Source of the DNA: Podarcis muralis
Lineage: Eukaryota
NCBI RefSeq assembly: GCF_964188315.1
Contig: NC_135669.1
Coordinates: 16,554,001 to 16,618,000 of the forward strand
Direction of reading: 5' to 3'
DNA length: 64,000 bases
Made by a program: the position numbers and the translations under genes. Below the pieces are notes generated by a model, which saw nothing but the letters and a program-made list of their open reading frames with translations, ran no database searches and was not told the DNA's origin. Below, piece after piece: positions 44,701 to 56,700 of the stretch (position 1 is its first letter; every line of letters begins with the position of its first letter).

Positions 44701-47700
44701 CAGCTTGAGAACAAGGCTTATTAAAATAAAACTGTTGTGTGGTACAAGCAAAAATGGTTTCACTGAAAGTGAACTGCTTCTTTGTCTCCTGGTTGCCTTG
44801 CTGAGATTTAAACAGCTGCATTGCACACCCTTTGGGTCCAGAGAGTGCTGATCTCAGCTGCTAGTGTGAGTAAGGCAATCCCCTCTGCCCCAACCCAAGT
44901 CCCCTCCTCTCCTACTAAAGACATCTTGGTTGCTCATACTTGAGGAAAATATTGGAGTGATTGAGCAAGCTTTCCAGGGTAGCTAGACGGTCTGGCCACT
45001 TCCTTCTCTCCTCCACACGGAAGAAAAGGCTCCGGCACAGCTTCTTCAGTTCAGAGAGCCTCTCTTTCAGCTCCTGTGAATTGGAATAGAAGTTAAAAAG
45101 CTAAAATTCTGCCTCGGACACATATATCATCTTGCAAAGATTACTGATGGTTTGGAAATTCAGGAAGTAGGGGTTAAACATCCACAAACTGAGCCTGCCT
45201 GGAGACACACTAAGTGTGACACTTGCAGGTCAGACATGCAGACAATGGGAATCCCACACAATATTTGATAAGGTACCGTATTTTTCGCTCTATAACACGC
45301 ACCAGACCATAACACGCACGTAGTTTTTAGAGGAGGAAAACAAGAAAAAAATATTCTAAATGAAACAGTGGATGTATGATTTTTGTGGTTCATGCTGTGG
45401 CCACAGACATGTGATCTGACAGTGAGTTTGGAGTAGCCTAATGCAAAAATCCTGAGGATCCATGTGGATCCATGCTTTGTAACCACGTTTTTGCACCACT
45501 GCGACCCTAGGCAACAGTGGCTGCGTGATTTTTTTTGGGTGCAAGATGTAGCCATGGACATGCTATGTGATCTGATGGTGAATTTGGGGTGACCCAATGC
45601 AAAAATCCTGAGGATCCATGTGGATCCGTGCTTTGTAACCACATTTTTGCACCATTGTGGCCCCAGGCAACAGTGGGTGCGTGATTTTTTTGGTGCAGGC
45701 TGTAGCCATGGACATACTATGTTATCTGATGGTGAATTTGGGGTGACCCAGTGCAAAGATCCTGTGGATCCATGCTTTGTAACCACGTTTTTGCACCATT
45801 GCAGCCCCAGGCAACAGTGGGTGTGTGATTTTTTTGGTACAGACTGTAGCCATGGACATGTAATGTGATCTGATGGTGAATTTGGGGTGACCCAATGCAA
45901 AAATCCTGAGGATCCATGTGGATCCGTGCTTTGTCACCACATTTTAAATGGGGAGGGAAGGAAAAACACAGAAGGGACAAGGAGCACAAGAGGGGTGTGT
46001 GGAGAAGCAGCTGGCTAAGAATGCAGGGGAGGGGTTTAACGGGGGGGGGCGGGGGGGAAAGGAAGGCAAAAGTCCCCCCCCCCACCCAAGCCAGCCCTCT
46101 CTCTCTCTCTCTCTCTCTCCCACCTGCATGTTTTTCGGCTGCCTGCGAGTCCCTAGAGCACGGAGAGGAGGAGGTGGTGGGCTGGAGCCTGTGCGCAGTG
46201 TGACTAGGAAAGAATTAGAAGGAAGGACGATCCTTTCCTTAACCCTCTGCTTGCCAGGAGGGCAGGGGATTCCCTGCTCTTTGTTGAGTTTGAGCAAACG
46301 CAGCAACAGAAGCGGGTGGGCAGTAAGACCCTGAGGCAGAATGCAGGAAAGCAGCAGCTTCCGCCTTCCCTCCGCCCGCCCGATCTTATTTTTGCCTGAT
46401 TTTTGCCTATTTTTGCCCCTCCGCTCCGGCGAGTCAGCTCCAGGGACCACACATTCGCTCAATAACATGCACAGACATTTCCCCTTATTTTTTAGGAGAA
46501 AAAATCTGCGTGTTATAGAGCGAAAATTACAGTACTTTGCCATTGCCTAGAAGGCAGTGCAATCAAAGAAGTTTAAAGTTGTTCTCATCAACCATAGCAA
46601 ATCACCTTCTTCTGTTTCTCCGATTCTGACAAAATATACTGGCAAAAAATTCCAAAACGCTTTTGGCAAGGGAAAGACACTTCTGTAGCCCAGATAACCC
46701 ACATGAAACACACTCTGAGAATCTTCAAACTCTAGCCTAACAATACAGAGAAGTTTCCCCTGAAAAAGGTATTAGCAGTTCAAAGTGGTGCCCCAACCTT
46801 CGTTGTGGCTGTATAGCCTTCCTCTTCCATCCAGTTGGAAGCTTCGCTCAGCTTCTTGGAAATTTCCTCTCGCTCTTCTTCTGTTGAAACAAACCTATAC
46901 TCCTCCTGTTGTAGCTTATCCTGGTAAAAGAGACACACACACACAAAATCAATCTCTCTGAAGTTCTTGTCACTTATGGGAACATTCATCAAACAGGAGT
47001 CTTAGGCTTTGTTCGCTTGTCCTCCTGACAGAAAATTAGCCAAAAGCGACACAGCAGCCTCCCTGACCTATTCCAAATTTTCTTACAGCTCAAGTTGCAA
47101 TAGTGCTGCAACTTTACACAAAAGACAAGACACACATAAGTTAAACGGCAGCAGAGAAATAATTTTATGGGGGTGGGATCATCGGCAACAAGATGAACCC
47201 GCTAAATGCCCTCTGATCCTTTTTCCCGGGACCTACCTGAGTCTCAAAGATGAAGGCCTCAAGGCCATTGGCTGATTTTTCCCTCTCATGCTTTGCTATG
47301 TCTCTTTCAGTCAATTCTTGCAACCTGATGTTAGAAAAAGGTGGGAAGAACAAAGTACCCAAGGTCACAACCTTCTCTGAATGGGAGAAGACAAAAAGCA
47401 TCCCCATGCACTGACTGCAAGCAGTCTCATCCCAGCCCACAGCTAGGGGGCAGAGGCAGCCCTGAAGATCCACCTACTTCTTAATGGAGTCCTGCAATTC
47501 TTCTGGCAGCAACTCTGGCACATCATTCACATCCAGCTCCACTGCAATCTCTTCCACCAGCTTTTGTTTCTTTGGTGGCTTCAGCTTTTTCTCCTCCTCC
47601 TCGGCTGCTTTGGCACCATTGCCCTCGGGGCTCTTTGTAGGCTCCTCATCCTTCCCAGTATCCGTCTTTTCTTGGGCTTCCTAGATGGGAGCAATTCCAG

Positions 47701-50700
47701 GACTAACAGGGGGCTGTTTTCAGCCACCAGCTAGAGCCAACATTTGATAGGTTTGCTTTAATTTTAGATTTACGTTGGGCCAGCCCTGCCATTAGGAAGA
47801 GAGGCAACTACCTCAAGTGCTAACTTCTGGGAACAGCCACCTACCAACCCCATTCCTTCCGAGTTCCCTGGCCATATCTATCTGTTGTAAGATCTGTACC
47901 TGCATAACTACTGTTGCCCTCAGGGTTGGTGGAGGGCATTATTCCACTGGCAACAATGAAATAAAAAAATCAACTGCTGGTCCAGTCAGAGTTTGTATGT
48001 ACAATTTGTTGTTGGTGGAAACCACTGTATTTGCTTCAGGTAGCAAAAGGTTTTGTAATGGCCCTGGATTCAGCCATGCTAGGAACCATGTAGATGCCAA
48101 GTTTTTAGGAGAATTCTCACACAACCCCATAGTCATCAGACCTTAAAAGGAAGTTTCCCACCCTCTCCAATAAGTAGACAACCCCTACGGATGCCTTCTC
48201 ATTTGTCTCCTATTGGATAAAAAGGGGGGGAGGCTCTTCAGTGACCTTCCTCACTGCTTGCTCACCTGGGAGTCTGATTTCTCTCTTCCTTCCTCTTGTT
48301 GGTCCTCAGCTGAAGCATCTTCAGCAGCTTTTTCCTGAGATGGGGATGGCGTTGGCTGCTTTTCTTCCTCCTCACTAGCAGCCTCATTGTCATCCTTCTG
48401 GTCCTCCTTACCCGCTTCCGCTTGGCTCTCCTCTTCCTCCTGGGCAACAGAGGGGAAATTCCCAAGGGTGTTATAAGAACCTTGCACAGCTAGGCTTCTT
48501 CAGCCAAGACAGGCATGACTCTGAAGGGACCCAGCAGGTCCAGCTACAAGCTCTGCTGTGACAGACACTTGTCATGTAATCCTTCTGACTCTAAGTATTT
48601 ATTATGGTTTTAGGCAAGAACACAGTGCCATTGAACAGGTTCACAGAACTCTTGAGACCAATACCAGGATCCTCCCCTAATCTTTTTTTCATATTTGTAC
48701 CCCTTTTCAAGTCCCTGCTGACATTTGCATTAGTCCCAAATCCTGCATTTTGCTGGCAGGTTCTCCACAGAACAGAGCTCACCTGAACAGTCTCAGTCAA
48801 ATTTTCAGATGCTTCTGGAACAGGGCTCCCTCCTCCAAAGAGACTAGAGATGGTGTTCCCAAGCTCTGCTCAAAAGAAGAAACATACTTAAGAAATGTTT
48901 GGGTTCTACACACAGAAAACCCAGCTCCTGTCTGTCACCTTACCCATCCCCTCTGGGGTAAAGGACAGATCTTTGGCTCTGCTTAGTGAATGCCTTCATA
49001 ATCTATGTGGAGCCTCTCAATCTTGGGGTGGGTGTTGGCTGGGAAAACAGCACAGGTCACCTCTGCCCCTACAGCTGTAAAAACTACAACACCCTCAACG
49101 AATGTAAAACCTCCATGTCTCCAAGTGCCAACAGTGTCCTGGTGTGTACACTGCCTTGTTTCTCCAGCATACCGGATTACTAAAGGTAGCCAAGAACAGA
49201 GAGGCCCCACCCCAAGGAACCAGTCCTTGCAACCGCAACTTGCTTGGTTGGAAAGCTGAGGGACAAAGAGTTGGAAAGGTCTCATTTCCAACCACTCAAA
49301 GTGATGCTGAAAACTGGGAAGGGGCTGATTAAGTAAAGCTGCCTACATGGTACGAGAAGAGCTGTTGCTGCAACCCAACCAACTCACTTGTTAGCGTGGA
49401 TTCCTCCTCTGGCTTGTCCTCCACCAGAGTCTCAAACACAGATTCTACCTGGGAGACAACACACGGAGCAGAATGAGATTGGAAGGTCCAGCAAGTGAGC
49501 GGGAGATGAAGAGCACTGAAGCGGTACTTACACGATCGAGGCTCAGCACACCACTCTCGTCCATGTTGAAATGAGCCTTGATGCCTTTGGACTCGTAATC
49601 CAAATGTTTCTTGAAGCTCTCGCCCACTCCTTGCAGCTTCACCCTTGTGAGGTTCAAGGACCCAAAAGCTCTGCAGAAACCACACAAGGACACACATTGG
49701 GATGGGTGAGCACAGCGGCTGGCCACCCCTCCTTTCTGTTCCCATTCTCTAGCCCTACCACAGAAATCACAAAACTTTGTAGAAACACCGAAGGGCAGTA
49801 ATGTAGATATTTTATTTCCTGGATACTCAGCTGCAAGGGCACAAGTTCAAACAGCCGAGAACAAATTTGAGTTCCCAAAGCCGTAGCCACTGACATAAAG
49901 CTGAGTTCAGGCAGAATCATAAACTCTGAGGACACGAGTCAAGCTAAGCTTTTTTTAAAAAAATGATTTTATTAGGACTTTTCAAAATACTATAGAAGAC
50001 TAGACCAAAGCAGAAACAAAACAAAGAAAATAAAAGGGAAAGAATATTTAGGGAAATAATAACAGAATAGAAAGATAAAGAAAAAGATAACAAAAATAAG
50101 TAAAAGGGACTCCAGCTACGACATACAAGTATTCCTCAAAACAATCAAATTTTCAATAAAGAGTAATATCCAGCTATTCCACCCTCTGTCATGTTTTGCT
50201 TTTGCTCTTTATGCAAACCCCGTCAATTCTTCCCTCCTTAGACCAAATTCCCAGGCAGCTGTAACTACCATAACAAAAGGGAAAAGGAAAGTAAGAACCA
50301 GCATGTTCTGTTTTTGTGGCTGACCCACAACTGCACTCACTTCAAGTCACTGTCACCCAGAAAGCCCATATCTGCGTAGTTGACATGGAACTCAAAGTCA
50401 TCTGTGTATCGGTTGAAGGTGATGACCTTCCGTTGGGGATACGGAGCCATGCGCTGGAACAGGATCCGCCGGTTGTGCTTAAGGCTCTTGGATTTATCCT
50501 CCTCTTCTACCTCACGGGTGAACTCAACCTAAGGTTAGGAGAGGATAAAGCACAGACTGTACCTCTTCCAGATTCTACCACACAGGAGAACCAATTGCAT
50601 GCCAACAGGCGTCTTGTCATTAAGGGACAAAGATAAGCACGTGAGACAGAATGCCGAGACAGGCTTTTTACCAACCCTCTCCCTGAAATCCACAGCACTC

Positions 50701-53700
50701 TGATACTTGATAATGAACCACAGCTCACCTGGATGGGGAAAACAGCTGCATCACGGACAATGAAAGGCTTCACCTTAAAGGCTTTGCTCAAGGCAGCTGC
50801 TTGGTAGACAGCGCCCATTGCAGCTGCTTCATCTGCATTGATGTTCTTGCCCAGCTCATCCCTGTGTTGTCAACAGAAGAATGATTAGATGCTACCCTGC
50901 TCAGGACAGAGAATATTTTGAGGGGTGGGAGGTGGAAAGTACCACCCAAACTGGGCTGATGCTTACTTGCCAACTGCCTTTAGCAGAAATTCCTGCACCT
51001 TTGGGACGCGAGTGGCACCACCGACGAGGATCACCTGGTCAATTTCATTCTGGGAATTGGGGAAAGATAACAGGGTCTGACTCCCTGAGCTTGAACTCTG
51101 TTACACTTTCTGGAAGGAGCAGTAAGTGCTTCCCACCATGGCCTACGCTGTGGAATTCACATTGTTCGGTGAAAACTAGAGACCTTGTAACAAAACCATC
51201 CACACTTACCAAACCGATCTCAGCACTGCTGACCGCCTGCTGCACAGGTCCTGCAACCCGCTGGAACAAATCAGAGCACAGCTCCTCCAATTCCTGCCGT
51301 GAAACTTTGGCCTTGAAGTCAATGTCATCCAGCAAGCCCTCGATCTAGGGAGAGAAACCCAAGAGCATCTTATCTCACAGACACATGCAGCACTTCCTCT
51401 CTGAAGCCAGCACACTGCTTCTACTGTGCCTTCAAAACAGGATAAGACCGTAATGAAATGTAGAAGCTTTTCATCTACATGTAAGCAGATAGCTGCTTAC
51501 AATTGACTGTAGCAGACTACGAAGGTTAGGCATTTTCCATGCACCCAGGCCACACCAAATGAGACACACACAACCTACCTGCGCCACATGGTCAGCATTG
51601 GCACTTAGTACTGTTTTCACACGATTGGCTTCCTTTAGCAGCTTGGCCATGGCCCGGAGATTTTTCCGGACATCCTTTGATGGATTTTGCTGATTGAAGA
51701 GTTTGGCCAGATGGTCACGGAGGCGCAGCTCCATCTCCAGCCCTCCCAGTGTGCGATCAAATCTGAGGAGGAGGAGGGAGGCAGTGGAACCAGCTACTCA
51801 AGCCAGCAGCCCTTTGCAAAGAAGCCCAGCAACTACCTCTCCAGCTACCACTCCTCCCAACAAGCTTGATATCTCTCTATTCTCTCCCACCCCAAAACCA
51901 GCATTTTGGTTTTCTAAACATCCTTCCACAAGAGCCCTGCAGCCAGATCAGACCACATGTCCATCCAAATCTAGCATCCCAATCTTACAGTGGCTTATGG
52001 GCAACCATCAAATAGGAAACAAATGCAATAGCACTTTCCACATTTGCAATTCCCAGGAAATCACTTTAAAAGGGGGGGGGGGAGAGAGGCATGTTGACTC
52101 CAGCTAGGACCTAGCCAACATGTTCCATTATGAATTTGTTTGATTCTGCTTTGTGCAATACCCCTCCCAGTTTGGACCTTTCTACTTCAGATATCCTGCT
52201 CTCTCCTGACTCCTAAGCAAATTTAATTCCAAGAATCAAGCTCTTACCCAACACCCCGAATCTGAAGCTGAGGCTGGGTTCCCGAGTCCTTGGTTTTCAC
52301 TGCTTGGTAAGTCACGATGGTACACACAGTGCTGCCTGCTCCCATGTCATAAAACATAATATTCTGGAAATCAATAAAGAACCAATGCTAAAGACAGCAG
52401 GCAACAGCAGGCACAGAGGTATCACAGTCTGAAGGATGGTACATGAATGTCTGTGGGAAGTCAGATCAGCCGTCTATAAGCTTAAAAATATATACAAGAG
52501 TATGAAGTTGCCAGAGTAGCTGGGGCAACTCAGTTAGATGGGTGGGATTAATAATAATAAGAAGAAGAAGAAGAAGAAGAAAAGAAATAGTAGTAGTAGT
52601 CGCCAGACTGTTTGTTCATCTGGTCTAGAGTTGGGTCAGCCCTCCAGCCCGCAGGCCTAATTAGACCTAACATGGGTCCAAATTCGGCCCATGTGGCTAT
52701 TTTCTGCCAAGTATGCCCACCAGCCCCACACCAGATGTCATGTGTGATGTCAGGTGGGAGACAGGTAAAGATGCAGCTGACAAGATGCTATACTGGGAGT
52801 CCTGAAGAATGCTCCAGATTGTGCATTGGCAAGGGAGGCTTCCTGTCCATGGCAATCAACTGACAGACAAAGCAGGCATGTGGAACTCTTAACAGGCCAC
52901 AAGTCTCGACCTATTGTCTTGGTGACTCCAAGCCCAGTGGTTCAGATGTGCAACCAAGTTCTCCAGAGGAAACTCAAGCCACAGAGCCAATCCCTGCAGA
53001 AAGCAGGTTTGGAGTCACTGCCTATTGGCCAGTAGGTACTAACTTGAAACTTGGCTTGGCTTTGGTAACACAGCTTGCCTTGCTACAAAGGATAAGTTGG
53101 TCACTGGATTTCATAGTAATATCAGATGACTGACAGGTGAGTGGGCCCTGCTCGCTTGTGTATGTGGCTAGCTGGAATTAGGGGAATGCAGAATCTGTAC
53201 ATAAAAGTTTGGATTCAAACAGGCAACTCTCATTGACCAAGAAGACTGCCCTGCCCAAATTCCCTGCGTTTTCTAGGTAAGGTTACAGAGGCACAATGAG
53301 CTTGAGCCATGGGTAAAAACCTCCCCCCTCCCGAGCCACACACACCCTCCAGTTACAAGCACCTGGGCTGTAGCATTGATGTCCTTCCTTCGGAACACCC
53401 CATAGTTCAAAGCCACAGCTGTGTTATCATTGATGAGCTGCAAAACCTTGAGATCTGCCATTTTTGCTGCATGCAGGACCGCTCTCCTCTCCGCCTGGTT
53501 GAAGTAGGCAGGGACAGTGATCACAGCATCCTTGACAGGCTGTTCTGTAAGATAAGGAGAAGGTATGGTGTGAGCTCCTGGTTCAGGCATATTTTTACTC
53601 ATATCCTTGCTGACCAAAGAAGGAAAGACAACTCTTGTGCCTCAAACACTCAAGAGTCATTTCTAACCTGCAAATTCCTCTGCCAGTGCCCGAGAATAGT

Positions 53701-56700
53701 TGAGCACCATGCCCAGGATCTCTTCTGGAGTATACTGCAATTTGCTGCAAGGAAGAACAAGAATGATAAATTCTAAATTCCTGATCCCAGATGTGAAATG
53801 CATCTTTTGAGCATGGGTGGGCCTCATCACTTCCACATACCACTTGCCCCTTATCAGGGCACATACCAAATATGAGTTGACCAAATATGGCATTTGGCCA
53901 ACCAAATCTATGCAGCAGTAGTCCCAAAGTGGCTTACAGAAATATGCCACAGCCTTTCTTGCTCAGCAGTGCCACGTGGCAAACCTCAAAGTGGAAACGT
54001 ACTCTGACAGCTTGAAACTGACTGTCTCCCTCCTTGCATCTTTCACCAGCTCATGTTCTGGGAACCGTGACTGGTACATGGTCACTTGTGGGTTATCAAT
54101 GCGCTTGCCCAGGAGATCCTGGAAATACCGGAAAGCCACTTTTGGATTCTTGATGCCCTATTAAAAAAACAGGAAAAACACACAACCATGCTGATTCCTC
54201 CGGAATGTTCACCTATCCCCCATAAATTTCTTTTAAAAAGGCATACACGCCAGAAACCCTCAACAACTGAACTACTGAAAATATCCAAAGTGGCATTTCG
54301 GAGCCTCCGTTTCCAAAACCAAAAAAGTCACCGCATGCCAGGCTGGAAAAGTCCTTCTCTGGAACATGAGCTAACCTGCCAAAGAGGACCTGTAGTACTG
54401 TCTCTTCAACAAATCTCAGTGGGGAGGAACATGTTATTGAAGCTGAAAGTGTAAAGAGGAAGGTGCAGCAGAAACAGGAGGACCCCAGAAGAACAAGCTG
54501 TGTATGCAAATAAATACTCTTGGTATAGAAAAAGCAAGAGGGGATGTGTGAGTGGACATCTGAGGGACTTACCATTCCCACGGCATTGTCACCAAAGAGG
54601 CGCTCATTCTCCTTTAGAGTTACAGCCACTGGTGTTTTTCTCCGGGATTCCCTAGAACAACAAGAAAAATTAAACCAGAACTGTTTCCTGGGGAGATAGG
54701 AAGTTGTCTAATAACCAGGCTAGGCTATTTATTCATCTAGCTGAAGCAATATTTCTGACTCAGGTCTGCAGTGGTTCTCCTGGGCCTCAGACAGAGGCAC
54801 ACTGTTCCTATCGTCTGGTACCTAATAAATTTAAGCAGGAGATGCCTGGGATTGAATACGTGACCTCCTACAAGCAAAGCAGGTGCACTGCACAATGGCC
54901 CTGCCCCAGAGATTCCTGGGGTCTAACTTCTGGGTTCCTTGGAGAAATGTGGAACTGGTTTTCAATGCCAGGATTCAGCACTGGAACAAGTGAAGAGAAA
55001 CGCAGTGGAGTCTCTTCTAAATAACCACATCTAAGATTAGGGAACAATAAGGAAGGGCAAAAGGAAGTTACACCTATGGGAAGCTGCCCCGTATCTTCTG
55101 TACTGCACCACTAAGACATGGATTTATTCCTGCACTGTAAGTGGTTGGACCGGATGAACCTTGGGGCACCTTTACAATTCTATGATGTGTCAAGCCCTCC
55201 AAAACAGTTGTTGCCACAGTCACATTCATTGCAGCACATATTTAGCCCACTCACTTGTTTAAGACAATTTCCATTGGCACCCCAGGCTTCACAATGGCGA
55301 TCTTCATAGATTCACTACCCATGTCCACTGACATCACAGCCAATGAATCTGTGGAACGAAAGTATTGTGTCAAATGTACTTTCTTCCAGGAAGAACCTCA
55401 GACAATACCCTCCAGCCTCCTTCCAATTTCTAATGCTTAGCTGAATCGAAAAGCCAGTCTAAACACAGATGTGTTACAGCACACCCGGAGGACTCCACCA
55501 GAAGAAAGTTTCACAGTAGGGAAACATCTCAAAACATCTCTTTATCTCTAAGTATTTTTTAAGCATCCTTCAACCATATTCCCAGGGAGGTTTATAGAAA
55601 GTAAATAGAAAAAACAAACACACAATCAAAATGCAAATAAAATTATAAAGCTAAAAGCTACAAAGTAGTAAGAGCATAATAAAACAACCAGAAGAATTAA
55701 AACTATGTCTACATGGAAATTAGGAGGCATCTTTCCTGCTACTAAAAGAAAAATAAACTAGATTCCAGAGACCCACCCAGAAGGCCTTCTCTCTGGTAGC
55801 TACTTGCTTCACCATAGATATGGGGGCACCTACAGGAGACCCTCCAATGAATATATTAATTCATGGAATTAATGAGTACTAGGGAAGTACTCAGTCCTTT
55901 AAATAGTGCAGCCATAAGACATGAAGGGTTTTGAAGGTGAAAAATAGCACTTGAACTGGACCTGAAAATGGACTGCGAGCTACTGTGGTTGGCATCACAG
56001 AGACGTAATACAATAAATGCCCAGTCCAACATAGCTATCTAGCAGTATGAATGGCGGTTTCCAAACAGACTTCAAGGTAGTCAATATGTGCCTTATGGAC
56101 ATGCGGCACTGACAGCATAGCCAAGGGAGGCCCTGAACTGGTTTTAAAGGGCACCTGGCCTCTAAGACACATTGGGCCCAAACCACTAAGATCCTCAAAC
56201 ACAGGCTCAAACGCCATCCAGGTTGAATTGTGAATCCTGCAATAGAAGGCTACCTGGAGGTGGAGCCAATGGTACACAAGTCGCTAACATGTTCCTGATA
56301 ACTCAACAGCCTGCCCCATTCTGCACTAGCTGATACTTAGGAAATCTCCCAAGGATAGTGCCCCCCATGCCAAATACTTAGTAGCCTAGCCTAGAGGTTA
56401 CAAATGGCAGATAAATATCTGGCGTCAAAATCCAAGAAAAAAGGGTTACAACATTATCAATTTTATTTTGAAAAATGGCTCTCTATTTACTTTATAGTTT
56501 TGGTAAACACAAGTTATGGCATAAAGGTAAAGGTACCCCTGCCCGTACGGGCCAGTCTTGACAGACTCTAGGGTTGTGCGCCCATCTCACTCAAGAGGCT
56601 GGGGGCCAGCGCTGTCCGGAGACACTTCCGGGACACGTGGCCAGCGTGACATCACTGCTCTAGTGAGCCAGAGCCGCACATGGAAACGCCGTTTACCTTC

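Noticed and set aside
45160-45900. 246-aa repetitive ORF
   Set aside because: Translation of the ~155-bp tandem repeat inside a non-autonomous transposon.
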